Shown one piece after another: positions 28,441 to 41,006 of a stretch of 64,000 nt of DNA. The stretch covers positions 2,147-66,146 of the forward strand of contig JAEWFH010000025.1 of the NCBI GenBank assembly GCA_023388955.1. The letters are read 5' to 3'. This DNA comes from Pseudomonadota bacterium. GTDB taxonomy: Bacteria; Pseudomonadota; Gammaproteobacteria; Xanthomonadales; Xanthomonadaceae. Within the stretch, counting starts at the first letter, position 1; each line of letters opens with the position of its first letter. The notes under the pieces were generated by a model. That model made no database searches, was not told the DNA's origin, and saw only the letters and a program-made list of their open reading frames with translations. A program made the translations under genes and the position numbers.

Positions 28441-28532
28441 CGTGACGGCTCCTTTCCGCTGCGCGGACTGGAGGCGACGGGGCCAGCTGGGGGGATAATG
28501 GCGGGATGGATACGACCGGTCACGATGCATCG

Positions 28533-29960
28533 ATGCTAGCAGAGCAGGACGATCACCAAGCGGTAGCCGACGCCTGGCGCGCACGCGACCTGGCGGTGCT
28601 GTGGCATCCGTGCACGCAGATGCGCGAGCATCCCGACACCCTGCCGCTGCTGCCGGTCGCCGGTGGTGCGGGCGCGTGGCTGCACGGCCGCGACGGGCGG
28701 CGCTACCTGGACGCGGTATCGAGCTGGTGGGTGAACCTGTTCGGCCACGCCGAACCGCGCCTGGCCGGGGCCATCGCCCGCCAGGCCCGCGAGCTGCAAC
28801 ACGTGATCCTGGCCGGCTGCTCGCACGCCCCGGCGGTGGAGCTGGCCGAGCGGCTGCTGGCCCTCGCGCCGCGCCAGGCCGACCGCGAACCACTGGCAAA
28901 GGTGTTCTTTGCCGACAACGGCTCGGCAGGCGTGGAGGTCGCGCTGAAGATGGCCTTCCACTGGTTCCGCAACCGCGGCGAGGACCGGCGCGACCGTTTC
29001 ATCACCCTGCGCGACAGCTACCACGGCGAGACGCTGGGCGCGCTGTCGGTCGGCGACATCCCGCTGTACCGGCGGGTATATGCGCCGCTGCTGGTCGAGC
29101 CGCTGTTCGCGCCCTCCCCCGCACCGCCACCGGGCGAAGGCGATCGTGCCCAGGCGCATGCGGAAGCCGCCGCGGCCGCGCTCGAGGCACTGCTGGAGCG
29201 GCACGCCGGCGAGGTATGCGCGCTGATCCTGGAACCACGCGTGCAGTGCGCGGCGGGCATGCGGATGCACCACCCGCTGTACCTGCGCCGGGCCCGCGAG
29301 CTGTGCGACCGCCACGGGGTGTTCCTGATCGCCGACGAGATCGCGGTGGGCTTCGGCCGCACCGGCACGATGTTCGCCTGCGAACAGGCGCCGGCGGCCC
29401 CCGGCGGGGGCGCACCCGGGATCATGCCGGACCTGCTGTGCCTGTCGAAGGGCCTGACCGGCGGCACCCTGCCACTGGCTGCGGTGCTCGCCACCCGCAC
29501 CCTGTACGACGGCTTCCTGGACAACTCGCGCGAGCGTGCCTTCCTGCATTCGCACAGCTACACCGGCAACCCGCTCGCCTGCGCGGCGGCGCTGGCGACG
29601 CTCGACATCTTCGAGGCCGACGACGTACTGGCACGCAACCGCGTTACCGCTGCCCGCATGGCGGCGCTGGCCCGGCCCATCGCGGTGCACCCCCACGTGG
29701 CGGAGGCACGCCAGGCGGGGATGATCGTCGCCTTCGAGCTGGCTCGCGACGGCAACCCGGCGACCCCGTTCCATGCCCGCGAGCGCATCGGCCTGCGCGC
29801 GTACCGGCACGCGTTGCGGCGCGGGGTCCTGCTGCGGCCGCTGGGCGACGTGCTCTACTGGATGCCACCGTACTGCATCGACGAGGAAGGCTTGGAACTG
29901 CTCGCCGCGACGACGCTGGCGGTCATCGACGAGGCCGTGGAGGAAGCCGCATGCGCGTGA
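28533..29960 (+). CDS. bioA: Adenosylmethionine-8-amino-7-oxononanoate transaminase BioA
   Basis: WHPCTQM, DAVSSWWVN, GVEVALKMA, YHGET, IADEIAVGFGRTG, SKGLTGG, HSHSYTGNP. Confidence 0.95.
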   Translation: MLAEQDDHQAVADAWRARDLAVLWHPCTQMREHPDTLPLLPVAGGAGAWLHGRDGRRYLDAVSSWWVNLFGHAEPRLAGAIARQARELQHVILAGCSHAPAVELAERLLALAPRQADREPLAKVFFADNGSAGVEVALKMAFHWFRNRGEDRRDRFITLRDSYHGETLGALSVGDIPLYRRVYAPLLVEPLFAPSPAPPPGEGDRAQAHAEAAAAALEALLERHAGEVCALILEPRVQCAAGMRMHHPLYLRRARELCDRHGVFLIADEIAVGFGRTGTMFACEQAPAAPGGGAPGIMPDLLCLSKGLTGGTLPLAAVLATRTLYDGFLDNSRERAFLHSHSYTGNPLACAAALATLDIFEADDVLARNRVTAARMAALARPIAVHPHVAEARQAGMIVAFELARDGNPATPFHARERIGLRAYRHALRRGVLLRPLGDVLYWMPPYCIDEEGLELLAATTLAVIDEAVEEAACA

Positions 29961-30688
29961 CCCGCGTCCACGTGGACCTGCCCCTGGCGACGGGGGACCG
30001 ACTGGAACTGCCAGCCGACGCCGCCAGGCACCTGGTGCAGGTGCTGCGCCTGCGGCCGGGCGATGGCTTCGTGCTGTTCAACGGCGATGGCCGGGACTTC
30101 GCCGCGACCGTGCTCGAGGCCGACCGGCGCGGGGCGCGGGTCGAGGTCGGGGAGGCGGTAGTGGTGGAGCGCGAATCGCCCCTGCGCGTGCTCCTGCTGC
30201 AGGGCATCGCCCGTGGCGAGAAGATGGACCTGATCCTGCAGAAGGCGACCGAGCTTGGCGTGGACGGGATCCGGCCGCTGTTCTCCGAACGCAGCGAAGT
30301 GAAGCTCGAGGGCGCACGCGCCGACAAGCGGCTGGCGCACTGGCGCAGCGTGGTGGCCTCGGCCTGCGGCCAGAGCGGGCGCGCGCGGGTACCGGCGGTG
30401 GCGGCACCGGCCGGGCTGGCCACGGTACTGGAATCGCTTCCCGCCGGCGGCCTGCGCCTGTTGCTGGATCCCGAGGGCGCCCTGGCCTTGCCCTCCTTGC
30501 AGCCCGGCCCCGGCCAGCCGGTATACCTCGCGATCGGCCCCGAAGGCGGCTGGGCGCCGCGGGACCGCGAGCAGCTGCATGCCGCGGGTTTCAGGGGCCT
30601 GCGCCTCGGCCCTCGGATCCTGCGTACCGAGACCGCCGGCCTGGCGGCCATCGCCGCGCTACAGGCCCTGCACGGCGACCTGCGCTGA
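29951..30688 (+). CDS. rsmE: 16S rRNA m3U1498 methyltransferase RsmE
   Basis: HLVQVLRL, QKATELGV, ACGQSGR, IGPEGG, LGPRILRTETA. Confidence 0.95.
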   Translation: MRVTRVHVDLPLATGDRLELPADAARHLVQVLRLRPGDGFVLFNGDGRDFAATVLEADRRGARVEVGEAVVVERESPLRVLLLQGIARGEKMDLILQKATELGVDGIRPLFSERSEVKLEGARADKRLAHWRSVVASACGQSGRARVPAVAAPAGLATVLESLPAGGLRLLLDPEGALALPSLQPGPGQPVYLAIGPEGGWAPRDREQLHAAGFRGLRLGPRILRTETAGLAAIAALQALHGDLR

Positions 30689-30702
30689 GCCTCCGCGCCC
30701 GG

Positions 30703-31227
30703 CTAGCCGGCGGCGGTGCCCGACCCGGTCTCGTGTCCGGCGGCGTCCGCGAGCGTCTCGGTGATGCGTGCCTGCATGCCTTCCAGGTCCGGCACCATCG
30801 CGACGTCGTCGTTCAGCGCGACCCGCGCCAGCACCAGCTGTGGCAGCGCCACGCCCACCGACTCGGCGCGCATCGCCTCGCGGGAGACGGTGACCAGCCT
30901 GGGAAACCCGTTGCTGAGGATGGCGAAGTACGGCAACCGCGGGTCGCCTCCCAGTGCCTTCAGCACCAGCACCTTCGTGCCCAGGGTGACCACGTCGATA
31001 CGGGCCCCGGCCATGCGCGCGGCCGCAACCAGCGGCACCGGCCAGCCCCGCCAGCGGATCCGGCCAAGGAGCCAGTCCGGGCTGCACGGCACGGGCTCGG
31101 GGTCGGAATAGGAAAGGACCTCGGCAATGGAGGCGTTGGGCAACAGCAGCCTCGCGCCCGCGACGTGGACCAGCACGCCGCGGATGTCGCGCGGCGCTTC
31201 CTGGTCGGCGCTGTGCAGGATCGTCAT
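30703..31227 (-). CDS. chpC: CheW-like adaptor of the Pil-Chp system (ChpC)
   Basis: LLLPNASIAEV, WLLGRIRWRGWPVPLV; last gene of the pil-chp operon. Confidence 0.85.
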   Translation of the reverse strand: MTILHSADQEAPRDIRGVLVHVAGARLLLPNASIAEVLSYSDPEPVPCSPDWLLGRIRWRGWPVPLVAAARMAGARIDVVTLGTKVLVLKALGGDPRLPYFAILSNGFPRLVTVSREAMRAESVGVALPQLVLARVALNDDVAMVPDLEGMQARITETLADAAGHETGSGTAAG

Positions 31228-32471
31228 GCGGTATCTCCTTCCGGCGGCCAATGCGCGGCAATCCGCGCCGCCAGCTTGACCGGGGTGTCGGTCTCTCCGC
31301 CGCGGCTCACGAGCGCCTGCGCGGCGGCCGGATCGTAGCAACCCTCGGCGACCTGCCCGAGCACCAGCGCGCCCGCCAGCCGCTCCTTCATGAGTTCCTC
31401 GACCAGCCCGGGGTCACTGCCGCTCAGCAGGACCACGGCGCTGTCGGCGGCCGGCAGCACGCCCAGCAACCCGGCCCCGGCCTTGAAACGGTGACCGTCC
31501 GGCGCGGGCTCCAGGCCCAACTCCGGCGGCACGATGTGGACCAGACCCGCGGCGAGCTCCGCACCATCCACCGCCAGCACCACGGGCAGCGTGCTCACCC
31601 GCTGCATCTGCGCGACCAGCTTGTCGTAGCGCGCGCCGTCAAGCTGCTGGCGGACCAGCACCGGACGCGGCAGTCCCTGTGGCAGGGCGCCCAGCAGCTG
31701 GCGAACCGCATCCGGGCCGCCGATCCCGGCCAGCACCACCACCGCACCGGCCAGACCTGGCACAGGCGCGACGTCGTGAACCAGCTCCAGGCCGGCGATG
31801 CGCGACTCCAGCAGCTCCAGGTCACGCTCAAAGCGGCCCCTGGCCTTCGCTTCCTCCAGGTCGGCGTTGCCGGCAGCAGGGACGGAACCGTCCTCCTCCA
31901 GCACCGGGCCCTGCTCCATGCCGGGCTCCGGATCGCCGCGACCACCCCCGATCGCACCCGGCGCCTGCGGCGCCACGGCAACGTCCTGCGGCCCCGGATC
32001 CACGGACCATTCGAGAACCGGCAGGCCGGCCGGCTCCGCCGGGAACCGGAAATCCACGTCCTCCTCGGCCAGCACGGGGTCGAAGGGACTGGCCGCCGGC
32101 AAGCCGTCCTCGGGTTCGTGCCCGGGCGGCAGGACGTTGCCATGGCGCTGCAGCTTCGCCACCAGGTGGCGCTGCCAGCGGGCGACCTCCCAACCCTCGC
32201 GGCCCGCCGCCAGCTCGGCTTCCTCGTAGACGACGTCCACGCCGGGCGCGAACAGCACCTCGTCGAAGCGCTCCAGCACGTCCTCTACCGGCGAGTCCAA
32301 TGCCACCAGCACCAGCGCCGGCGCGGCGGCGACCAGGTCCGCCGGGGACAGCGCGGTCGGATCGGCATCGAGCACGCAGTCCGCGCCCGATTCCGCGATG
32401 ACCGCACGCAGGCGGTCCTGTGCTGTACCCGGGCGTGCCAGCAGCGCGACGCCCGACGGTTCAGTGGACAT
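31224..32471 (-). CDS. chpB: CheB-methylesterase-like protein ChpB (degenerate)
   Basis: C-terminal CheB-like domain ([16 protein letters not shown]...LPRPVLV); located between chpA and chpC. Confidence 0.82.
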   Translation of the reverse strand: MSTEPSGVALLARPGTAQDRLRAVIAESGADCVLDADPTALSPADLVAAAPALVLVALDSPVEDVLERFDEVLFAPGVDVVYEEAELAAGREGWEVARWQRHLVAKLQRHGNVLPPGHEPEDGLPAASPFDPVLAEEDVDFRFPAEPAGLPVLEWSVDPGPQDVAVAPQAPGAIGGGRGDPEPGMEQGPVLEEDGSVPAAGNADLEEAKARGRFERDLELLESRIAGLELVHDVAPVPGLAGAVVVLAGIGGPDAVRQLLGALPQGLPRPVLVRQQLDGARYDKLVAQMQRVSTLPVVLAVDGAELAAGLVHIVPPELGLEPAPDGHRFKAGAGLLGVLPAADSAVVLLSGSDPGLVEELMKERLAGALVLGQVAEGCYDPAAAQALVSRGGETDTPVKLAARIAAHWPPEGDTA

Positions 32472-35400
32472 GACGGTCGATCCCGAGCAGTTCGTAGACG
32501 TTGCGCATCAGTTCGGGCTCCTGGTAGGGCTTGCCCATGTAGCGTTCGACGCCCAGGTCCATGGCGCGCTGGCGGTGCTTCTCGCCGGTACGCGAGGTGA
32601 TCATCACGATCGGCACCTGCTGCAGGCGCGGGTCGGCCTTCATCTGGGTGGCGAGTTCGTAGCCGTCCATGCGCGGCATCTCGATGTCCAGCAGCATCAG
32701 GTCCGGAACGCGCTCGGCCAGACGGTCGAGTGCGTCGATGCCGTCCTTCGCGGTGACCACCTCCATGTTGTGGCGCTCCAGCACGCGTCCTGTGACTTTG
32801 CGCATGGTGACCGAGTCGTCCACCACCATCACCAGCGGCACCGCGCGCTCCGCCTCCCCGGCTTCCGGTGCCGGCGCCTGCGGCAAGGCGGCGTGGCGGC
32901 GCACCAGCGGTGCCACGTCCAGGATCACCACCACCCGGCCGTCACCCATGATGGTGGCGCCGAAGATGCCCGGGATCGAGGCCACCTGCGGGCCAACCGG
33001 CTTGACCACGATCTCGCGGTTGCCGACCACTTGGTCGATGGCCACCGCGGCGTGCAGCTCGCCGGAGCGGATCAGCAGCAGCGGCATCTGCAGCTGGCCT
33101 TCCGCGCGTACCGGCGCGCCGCCGGCCAGCAGGCCCAGGTCGTGCACGATGTATTCGTCGCCGCCGTACCCGTAGGTCGCCGGCTTGCCGCTGCGCTCGG
33201 CTTCCAGCAGCTCCTCGCGCGGGATGCGGCCCACGCCGCGCACCGAGGCGATCGGCACCGCGAAGGTTGTCTCGCCCACGCGCACGAACACCGCCTGAGT
33301 GACCGCGAGGGTCTGCGGCAGGCGCAGGGTGAAGGTCGTGCCTTCGTCCGGTCGCGAACGGATGTCCAGCGCGCCACCGAGCTGGCGGACCTCGCTGGCG
33401 ACCACGTCCATGCCGACGCCACGGCCGGCGAGGCGGTTGACCTCGGTGGCCGTCGAGAAGCCCGGCTCCAGGATCAGGGTGTCGAGCTCGGCGTCCGCCA
33501 GTACCGCGTCGGGCCGCAACAGGCCGCGGTCCTCGCCACGGCGACGGATCGCGGCACGGTCCAGGCCGGCGCCGTCATCGGCGACCTCGATCACCACTTC
33601 CGAACCTTCACGGCGTACCGAGACGGCGATCGAGCCTTCCTCCGGCTTGCCGGACTGCTGGCGCCGGCCCGGCGACTCGATGCCATGGGCGACGGCATTG
33701 CGCAGCATGTGCTCCAGCGGCGCGGTCATGCGCTCGAGCACGTTGCGATCAAGCTCGCCCTGGGTGCCGTCGAGTTTGAGCGCGACCTGCTTGCCCAGCT
33801 CGCCGGAGGCCTGCCGCACCACGCGGCGCAGGCGCGGCAGCAGGTTGTCGAACGGCACCATGCGCGTGCGCATGAGGCCTTCCTGCAACTCGGAGCTGAC
33901 CCGCGACTGCTGCAGCAGAAGGGTTTCGTACTGGCGGGTCAGGTCGTCCAGGGTCTGCTGCAGGCTGTCCTGGTCGGCGGCCGACTCGGACAGTGCGCGG
34001 GACAGCTGCTGCAGGTCGGAGAACCGGTCCAGCTCCAGCGGGTCGAAGGACTGCTCGTCCTGCTCGCCCTCGCGCTGGTAGCGGGCCACGATCTGCGCCT
34101 CGGTCTCGATCTCCAGCCGGCGCAGCTGGTCGCGGATGCGGGTGTTGGTCGCGGCCATCTCCGCGATCGCGCCGCGGAAGGCGCCCAGCTGCTGTTCCAG
34201 CCGGGCGCGGTAGATGGCCACCTCGCCGGCGTAGTTGACCAGCCGGTCGAGCAGGTCGGCGCGGATGCGGACCTGTTCCTGCGGGGCACGCACTGCGATG
34301 TCGTCTTCGTCGGCCGGGATCGCCAGCGGCTCCACCGGTGGCGACAGCGGCGGCAATACCTGGGTGTCCCCGGCTGCGATGGCGTGCGCCAGTTCGCTGA
34401 TGTCCGCGCCCTCCGTTTCGGCGAGGGCCGGGGTCGCGATGGGGACGACGGGAGCATCAGGTCCGGGCCGGGATCCGCTTGCCGCCTCGTCCGTGGCGAC
34501 CGGCTCGGTGGCCGGAGCCGCCTCGGGTGCGGGTACGGAGCTGCCGGCGGCTTCCAGCGCCGCGCTGGCATGCCCGCCGCGGGCACGCGCGTCGAATTCG
34601 TCGATGAGCGGCTGCGGCAATGCGATCGCCTGCCGCTCGCCCACCCGACTGACCATCACGTGCAGGCGGTCGAATGCGGCCTCCAGCAGCGGGACTCCGT
34701 CGGCACCCAACTCCTGGCGCTGGTCGACGACGGCCTCCAGCAGCGACTCCATGGCGTGGCCGAGCTCGCCGACTTCCATGATGCCCGCCATCCGGGCACC
34801 GCCCTTCAGGGTATGCAAGTCACGCTGCAACCCGACCAGCACTTCGCGGTCGTCGGGGGCGGCACGCAGTTCCGCCAACAGCCCGTCGGAGTGGTCGAGC
34901 AGGTCCTTGCCTTCCTCGACGAAGATGTCGACCAGTTCCGGGTCGAGTCCTGCCAGCTCCAGCGGCGTGGCCGGGTCCTGGAGCCGCACCAGGCCCGCCA
35001 AGGCCGCGGATGCCGCCACTGCGCCTTCGACCGGCCCCTCCTGCGTCGCGGGCAGCTCGTCGCCCGCCCCCGGATCCACCGCAGCCGACGCTTGAACCGG
35101 TGTTGCCGTTTCCGCCGCGCGTGCCGCCTCATCCGCACGCTCGCGGGCGAGGCGGTCGGCTTCCGCGTACTCGGCTTCCAGCCTTGCGTATTCGGCCTCT
35201 TCGCCGGCCACGCGCTCGGTTTCCAGATGCTCGGCTTCCAGCCGTTCGGCCTCGATGCGCTCCGCCTCGAGGACCCGGGCGTCGAGCTCTTCCGCCGCCA
35301 GACGCGCGTGTTCCGCCTCTTCCGCGGCCAGGCGCTCCGCCTCCGAACGCTCTGCTTCGAGACGCTCAGCTTCAAGGCACTCGGCTTCGGCTCGTTCGGC

Positions 35401-38400
35401 TTCGGCGCGTTCGGCTTCGGCGCTTTCCGCCTCCAGGCGCGCGGCCTGCGCGTACTCTTCCTCCAGACGCGCGTATTCCGCTTCTTCTGCCTCGAGTCGC
35501 TCTGCTTCGAGTCGTTCTGCTTCGAGTCGTTCTGCTTCGAGTCGTTCTGCTTCGAGTCGCTCTGCCTCGAGTCGCTCTGCCTCGAGTCGTTCTGCCTCGA
35601 GTCGTTCTGCCTCGAGCCGTTCTGCTTCGAGTCGCTCTGCTTCGAGCCGCTCTGCTTCGAGTCGTTCTGCTTCGAGTCGTTCTGCCTCGAGCCGTTCTGC
35701 CTCGAGCCGTTCTGCTTCGAGCCGTTCTGCTTCGAGCCGTTCTGCTTCGAGCCGTTCTGCTTCGAGCCGTTCTGCCTCGAGCCGTTCTGCCTCGAGCCGT
35801 TCTGCCTCGAGCCGTTCCGCCTCGAGCCGTTCTGCCTCGAGCCGTTCTGCCTCGAGCCGTTCTGCTTCGAGCCGTTCGGCTTCGAGACGTTCGGCTTCGG
35901 CAAGCTCGTCTTCCGGGCGCACCTGGTCCCCGACCTCGTCCGTGGTGGCGCCCGCCACCAGGCCCGCCATGTCGATGTCGACGATCTCCGGGGCCTCGAT
36001 TACAGGCTCCGCAGGCAGTTCCTCCGACTCTTCGCCGACGTCGAAGGCCGCCGACCGTACCGGCGGCAGCGAATCGCGCAGCGACTCCATGCGCGCCGCC
36101 AGGCCATCGAACAGCGGCACGTGCGGCGAATCGGCCTCCAGGGTCGAGAGCGTGCGGGCCACTGCCGCCGCCACCACGCCCAGTGCCTCCACGCCCTCCG
36201 CGCTCGCCGGCTCACCGCTGGCAAGCAGGCGCCGGACATAGGCCTCGGCCGGGGAGGTGACATCGGTGATCACCGGCACCTCGGTCATGGCCAGGGCGCC
36301 GTTGAGGGTGTGGATGGCGCGCTGCAGGGCGTCATCCGCCCGCTGCGGCGCGGCCTCGCAACCGTCCAGCCAGGCGCGGATGGTCGCCAGGTGGCCGGCC
36401 GCCTCTGCGGTCAGGATCTCCAGCAACACCGGATCGACCGAAGCCGGGACGGTCCGCTCCTGCTCCGCCGGCGCGACGGACTCCGGCACGATGCTTGGCG
36501 GCAGAGCCGCAGTCCCCGGCGACGCAGCCTCGACGGCCTCGACGACAGCCACTGGTTCGTAGCGCACTTCCTCGCCCGCGGCGATGCGCTCGGCGACGGC
36601 TTCGATGGCAGCCAGGTCCGCGGTCACGGCGCGGGTCCCCGCCAGCGCGGCACGGAACTGCGGCAAGACCTCGTGTGCCTGCCCGACCAGCGCCACGACC
36701 GCCGGACTGGCGTCGCGGCTGCCGTCGAGCACGCGGTTGAGCATGTTCTCGATCTTCCAGCTGAACTCGCCCAGCGCGCGCGCACCGACCAGGCGCCCGC
36801 TGCCCTTGAGGGTGTGGAAGATGCGGCGGATCGAACGCACCTGCTCGCCGTCATTGGGCGCCTCGCGCCAACCGTGCAGCAGGCCGCCGAGGTTCGCCAC
36901 CTCCTCGTCGAGTTCCTCGAGGAAGACCTCGCGGATGTCATCGTCGATGTCGGCGCTGTGTTCGAAGCCACCGGCCAGGGGACGGTCGCCGGTCGGCGCG
37001 GCGGACACTGCCGCAACCACCGGCTCCGGCTCTGCTCCGGACGCGGCCATCGGTGCCGGCGCCTGTTCGACGGGCTGCGACTCCGGCACCTGCGGCAGCG
37101 CGACCACCGGAGCGGGCTCGTCCGCCAGGTCCATCCCCAGCGCGGCCGCGGCGGCGTCGCGCTCGGCAAGGCTGACCGGTGACCCGGCACCGTCCTCGGA
37201 CGCCGGCATCGGCACCGGCCAATAGCCCAGCGCTTCCAGGCTCTGGCGGGCGATGTCGAGGATCCGGTTGCGGTTCGGACGCTGCTCGCGGAGCGCCTCC
37301 AGGTAGTACTCGATGCTGGCCAGGGCATCGGCCATGGTGTCGAGCTGGCGGGCGTTGGGCACGCGCTTGCGCTCCAGCAGCTCCAGTTCGATGTAGCGGC
37401 GGATGCCCAGCAGGTACTCCGACGGCAGTTCCAGGTCGAGGATGCGCAGCGCGCCCCCGACCTCGTCCAGCAGTCGCGGGATCTCCGCCAGCTCGGCATG
37501 GTCCCAGCCGGTCTCGACGAAGGCCACGAAGGCCTGGCGGGCATCACCGAAGTTGGCGATCGCCTCGCGTACCACCACCTCCAGCACGCGGCGCGACTCG
37601 GCGGCCATCAGGTCGGCGTCGGCGCGGTCGTCGGGCAGGCCCAGGCGGGCGACCTGCTCGTCCAGCGAAGCGTCCACGTAGAGCAGCGCGCCGGCGATAT
37701 CCAGCAGCGACGCCTCGTCGGCCGGACTGTTGCCGGCCACGATCGCGTGCATTGCATCGCGCTGCTGCAACACCACGCCGCGGGCCACTCCCAGGCCCAT
37801 CATCCCCAGGGTGTCGCTGACCCGGCCCAGCGTTTCCACTTGCGGACGCAGGTCCTCGACGCCGGTCTGACCGGTGCGAAGGTGCAGGTCGAGCACGTCC
37901 TTGACCCGCAGCAGGTCTTCCTTGATCGCCGCCGAGACGGTGTCCAGCAGCGCGCGGTTGCGTCCGCTCAGGCTGCCGCGGGCGTGTTCGATCTCCGACT
38001 CGCTGGGCAGCTGGGCATCAAGCTCGAAGGTATGCCGCAGCCGGTCCAGTGCCGGGTGGCCGCCGTCGCTGTGGGCGACGTGGTAGAGCAGTTGGCGGGT
38101 CGGCTCGGCGTTCGCCTCCTGGCCGCTGAAACCACTGCCGCCCAGCGCACGGCGGGCCTCGCGCTCCACGCCGCTGAACGCCGCACGCAGGGCGCGCGTC
38201 GGCTGCAGGGCGCCGTCGCGCAACGCCCCGGCCACCGAGGAGGCGACCCAGAGCATCCGTCGCAACGGTTCCACTGAAACCTGCGAAAGCACCTCGTCCA
38301 CCGCGCTGGCCAGGCCATCGGCATCCGCGGGCTCTCCATCCTCAGGCCATTGCGCGAGGGCGTCGCGCAGGGCCGCCACCGCCGGACTGTGGGCCCGCGA

Positions 38401-38901
38401 CGCGGCACCAAGCACGGGCGCCGCAGCCCCGGGTGCCGGGAGGTCCTGCGGCAACGGCCGGTCCAGGTCGGGGGCAAAGAGAATGCTTTCGTTCAGCCCC
38501 GGCTCGCCACGGGTCGCACGCAGCTCGTTGAGCAGCGGCAACAGCACGATCGGGATGTCGCGATGGCCCCCCTGCAGGCGCTCCAGGTAATCGGGCAACT
38601 GCACGGCACCGCGCATCAGCATCGCGCAGGCGTCCTCGCGGTCCTCGATCCCGCCGTGCAGCAGCGCCAGCGCCAGCCGCTCCATCTCCTCGGCCACCAT
38701 CGCCGGGGCGTACAGCTCGATCATCCGCAGCGTGCCGTGGACCTGGTGCAGCAGGCCCGCGCAGGCGCGCATGTGCTCCACCTCCCCGGGTGCCTGGGAG
38801 AACGCCTCGATCTCCTGGCGGGCCAGCCGCAGGGTCTCGTCGAGCTCGGGCTTGATCCAGCCCAGGGTGGTCGTGTCGATCGCGTCGCGCATCACTGTCA
38901 T
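32461..38901 (-). CDS. chpA: Pil-Chp hybrid histidine kinase ChpA/PilL (multi-Hpt, HATPase, CheW, REC)
   Basis: 2146 aa; Hpt motifs [56 protein letters not shown]; CheW domain; C-terminal receiver VVDDSVTMR...[11 protein letters not shown]. Confidence 0.95.
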   Translation of the reverse strand: MTVMRDAIDTTTLGWIKPELDETLRLARQEIEAFSQAPGEVEHMRACAGLLHQVHGTLRMIELYAPAMVAEEMERLALALLHGGIEDREDACAMLMRGAVQLPDYLERLQGGHRDIPIVLLPLLNELRATRGEPGLNESILFAPDLDRPLPQDLPAPGAAAPVLGAASRAHSPAVAALRDALAQWPEDGEPADADGLASAVDEVLSQVSVEPLRRMLWVASSVAGALRDGALQPTRALRAAFSGVEREARRALGGSGFSGQEANAEPTRQLLYHVAHSDGGHPALDRLRHTFELDAQLPSESEIEHARGSLSGRNRALLDTVSAAIKEDLLRVKDVLDLHLRTGQTGVEDLRPQVETLGRVSDTLGMMGLGVARGVVLQQRDAMHAIVAGNSPADEASLLDIAGALLYVDASLDEQVARLGLPDDRADADLMAAESRRVLEVVVREAIANFGDARQAFVAFVETGWDHAELAEIPRLLDEVGGALRILDLELPSEYLLGIRRYIELELLERKRVPNARQLDTMADALASIEYYLEALREQRPNRNRILDIARQSLEALGYWPVPMPASEDGAGSPVSLAERDAAAAALGMDLADEPAPVVALPQVPESQPVEQAPAPMAASGAEPEPVVAAVSAAPTGDRPLAGGFEHSADIDDDIREVFLEELDEEVANLGGLLHGWREAPNDGEQVRSIRRIFHTLKGSGRLVGARALGEFSWKIENMLNRVLDGSRDASPAVVALVGQAHEVLPQFRAALAGTRAVTADLAAIEAVAERIAAGEEVRYEPVAVVEAVEAASPGTAALPPSIVPESVAPAEQERTVPASVDPVLLEILTAEAAGHLATIRAWLDGCEAAPQRADDALQRAIHTLNGALAMTEVPVITDVTSPAEAYVRRLLASGEPASAEGVEALGVVAAAVARTLSTLEADSPHVPLFDGLAARMESLRDSLPPVRSAAFDVGEESEELPAEPVIEAPEIVDIDMAGLVAGATTDEVGDQVRPEDELAEAERLEAERLEAERLEAERLEAERLEAERLEAERLEAERLEAERLEAERLEAERLEAERLEAERLEAERLEAERLEAERLEAERLEAERLEAERLEAERLEAERLEAERLEAERLEAERLEAERLEAERLEAERLEAEEAEYARLEEEYAQAARLEAESAEAERAEAERAEAECLEAERLEAERSEAERLAAEEAEHARLAAEELDARVLEAERIEAERLEAEHLETERVAGEEAEYARLEAEYAEADRLARERADEAARAAETATPVQASAAVDPGAGDELPATQEGPVEGAVAASAALAGLVRLQDPATPLELAGLDPELVDIFVEEGKDLLDHSDGLLAELRAAPDDREVLVGLQRDLHTLKGGARMAGIMEVGELGHAMESLLEAVVDQRQELGADGVPLLEAAFDRLHVMVSRVGERQAIALPQPLIDEFDARARGGHASAALEAAGSSVPAPEAAPATEPVATDEAASGSRPGPDAPVVPIATPALAETEGADISELAHAIAAGDTQVLPPLSPPVEPLAIPADEDDIAVRAPQEQVRIRADLLDRLVNYAGEVAIYRARLEQQLGAFRGAIAEMAATNTRIRDQLRRLEIETEAQIVARYQREGEQDEQSFDPLELDRFSDLQQLSRALSESAADQDSLQQTLDDLTRQYETLLLQQSRVSSELQEGLMRTRMVPFDNLLPRLRRVVRQASGELGKQVALKLDGTQGELDRNVLERMTAPLEHMLRNAVAHGIESPGRRQQSGKPEEGSIAVSVRREGSEVVIEVADDGAGLDRAAIRRRGEDRGLLRPDAVLADAELDTLILEPGFSTATEVNRLAGRGVGMDVVASEVRQLGGALDIRSRPDEGTTFTLRLPQTLAVTQAVFVRVGETTFAVPIASVRGVGRIPREELLEAERSGKPATYGYGGDEYIVHDLGLLAGGAPVRAEGQLQMPLLLIRSGELHAAVAIDQVVGNREIVVKPVGPQVASIPGIFGATIMGDGRVVVILDVAPLVRRHAALPQAPAPEAGEAERAVPLVMVVDDSVTMRKVTGRVLERHNMEVVTAKDGIDALDRLAERVPDLMLLDIEMPRMDGYELATQMKADPRLQQVPIVMITSRTGEKHRQRAMDLGVERYMGKPYQEPELMRNVYELLGIDRHVH
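35485..35889 (-). repeat. Tandem repeat, 27 x 15 bp, encoding (RLEAE)27 inside chpA
   Basis: + strand units YTCTGCYTCGAGYCG run contiguously from 35485 to 35889 (405 bp); degenerate copies continue to about 35130. Confidence 0.97.
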
Positions 38902-38984
38902 CGTTCATCCCCGCCGGCCGCGGGGCCGGGTGCCGGTCCTGCTGCCCGGCGGGTACTGGCGGTCATTCCCAGGTCCGGCCCGCC

Positions 38985-41006
38985 TCAGGCTGGCAGCTTG
39001 AAGTCGGCCACCGAGCGACGCAGGTCGGCCGCCAGCTGCGCGAGGTTTCCAATCGACTGCGCGGTCTGGTTGGCACCCTGGGTGGTCTGCGAGGTGATCT
39101 GCTGGATGGTGCTCATGGTGTGGGTAATGTTGGCGGCGGCGCCGGACTGCTGCTGCGCCGCCTGCGAGATGCCCTGGATGAGGCCCGACAGGTCGGACGA
39201 CACCTTTTCGATCTCGCCCAGCGCGGTACCGGCGTCCTCGGCCAGGCGCGCACCGGCGACCACCTCGGAGGTGGTCTGCTCCATCGAGCTGACCGCCTCG
39301 TTGGTGTCGGCCTGGATGGCCTGGACCAGCGACTCGATGCGCTTGGTGGCGTTGGAGGAGCGTTCGGCGAGGCGCTGCACTTCGTCGGCGACCACCGCGA
39401 AGCCGCGGCCGGCCTCACCGGCCGAAGCCGCCTGGATCGACGCGTTCAGCGCCAGGATGTTGGTCTGCTCGGAGATGTCGTTGATCAGTTCAACGATCGA
39501 GCCGATCTCCTGCGAGCTCTCGCCCAGGCGCTTGATGCGCTTGGAGGTCTCCTGGATCTGGTCACGGATGTTGTCCATGCCCTGGATCGTCTGCCGCACC
39601 ACGCCGGCACCGGTGGTGGCGATCCGCACCGAGCGCTGCGCCACGTCCGCGGATTCGGCGGAGTTCTTCGACACCTGGTCGATGCTGGCCGCAATCTCGC
39701 TGATGCGGCTGGAGGCGGAGGTGATCTCCTGGGCCTGGTGCTCGGCGGCCTCCGCCAGGTGCATGGCGGTGGCCTGGGTCTCCTGGGCGCTGGCGGCGAC
39801 CTGCACCGAGGTGTCGGTGATGGTCTGCACCAGGCTGCGCAGCTGCTCGATGGCGAAGTTGATCGAGTCCGCGATCGCTCCGGTCACGTCCTCGGTGACG
39901 GTGGCCTTGACGGTCAGGTCGCCTTCCGCGAGCGAGCCCATCTCGTCCAGCAGGCGCATGATCGCCTCCTGGTTGCGGTCGTTGAGCTCCTTGGTGGTCT
40001 CGTAGCGCACCTGCTGCTGGCGGTTGAGCGAGAACAGCAGGCCGCCGATGGCCAGCAGTGCCAGGGCACCGGAGACGATCGAGACCCAGATGTTGCCCAC
40101 CAGGCTGGTGTCGCGCATCGAGCCGAAGGCGGTGAAGGCATCGAACAGCGAGCGCGCCTCCTCGAGCAGGGTCTCGGAGCCTGCGGTGATCGCATCGGCC
40201 GCGCCCTGGGCGGCGACCAGGTTGCCGGAGGAGGCCAGGATGGCGTCCAGGTCGGTCTTCATCTCCTCCCACAGCGCCTCGGCATGGCCGAGGGTTTCCA
40301 GCGCCCCGGCATTGGAAAGCGCGGCCACGCCCGAACCCTCGTCGCCGTTGCGCAGGCCGGCCAGGACGGTGCCGAACAGGGTCGCGTCACGGGACAGGCC
40401 TTCGCTGGCGGCGGTCGCCGCCGCGCCGCCGGCGCGGATCTCGGTCACGCGCCGGGCCATGGTGCCCGACAGGACCACCTGCCGCAGCGCGTAGTACACC
40501 TGCGAGGACGGCGAGCCGCTGGAAGACATCGCGCGCACCAGTTCGTCCAGCCGGGCCTGCAGATCCGGCACCCGTGCGGTGAAGCTGTCGGCGCGCCCCG
40601 CCAGGCCCATCACGGCTTCCTGGCTGTCGGCCAGCTGCGCGGCACTCTGTTCCAGCGGCGCCCAGGTGGCGTTGGCCTGGTCGATCGGGCCGGAGACGCC
40701 CGGGGTAGCCCCGAACTGCCCGGTCAGCTGCTCCAGCGTGCCGTCGATCTGGCCGCGGGTCTCGTTGAACGCGGCGAAGGCCGCGGCATCGCCGCCGACC
40801 GCCTCGCGCGCCTGCACCGCCAGCTGCTGCGAGTACACGCGCAGGTCGGATGCCGAGGTGCTGGCGCCACCCAGCTGCGCCCCCTTCCAGGTGGCGTAGC
40901 CGGTGTTGAGGCCGAACACCAGCACCGCCAGGGCCAGCAGCACCAACCAGGTGTTGACGCCGGCATTGCGGACCTTGCCGGCCATGGAATTCGAATCAGT
41001 GCTCAT
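38985..41006 (-). CDS. pilJ: Methyl-accepting chemoreceptor PilJ
   Basis: Two TMs, HAMP ([22 protein letters not shown]), signalling tip [30 protein letters not shown]. Confidence 0.95.
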   Translation of the reverse strand: MSTDSNSMAGKVRNAGVNTWLVLLALAVLVFGLNTGYATWKGAQLGGASTSASDLRVYSQQLAVQAREAVGGDAAAFAAFNETRGQIDGTLEQLTGQFGATPGVSGPIDQANATWAPLEQSAAQLADSQEAVMGLAGRADSFTARVPDLQARLDELVRAMSSSGSPSSQVYYALRQVVLSGTMARRVTEIRAGGAAATAASEGLSRDATLFGTVLAGLRNGDEGSGVAALSNAGALETLGHAEALWEEMKTDLDAILASSGNLVAAQGAADAITAGSETLLEEARSLFDAFTAFGSMRDTSLVGNIWVSIVSGALALLAIGGLLFSLNRQQQVRYETTKELNDRNQEAIMRLLDEMGSLAEGDLTVKATVTEDVTGAIADSINFAIEQLRSLVQTITDTSVQVAASAQETQATAMHLAEAAEHQAQEITSASSRISEIAASIDQVSKNSAESADVAQRSVRIATTGAGVVRQTIQGMDNIRDQIQETSKRIKRLGESSQEIGSIVELINDISEQTNILALNASIQAASAGEAGRGFAVVADEVQRLAERSSNATKRIESLVQAIQADTNEAVSSMEQTTSEVVAGARLAEDAGTALGEIEKVSSDLSGLIQGISQAAQQQSGAAANITHTMSTIQQITSQTTQGANQTAQSIGNLAQLAADLRRSVADFKLPA

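Noticed and set aside
35485..35889. Possible CRISPR array
   Set aside because: Units are contiguous 15-mers without unique spacers, lie in-frame in a CDS, and no cas genes are present.
32398..37182. 1594-aa + strand ORF, plus other ORFs through the repeat reading (CFESF)n, (SASSR)n and (QNGSR)n
   Set aside because: Antisense or alternative-frame shadows of chpA. High-GC codon bias and a stop-free 15-bp repeat explain them, and they show no domain motifs.
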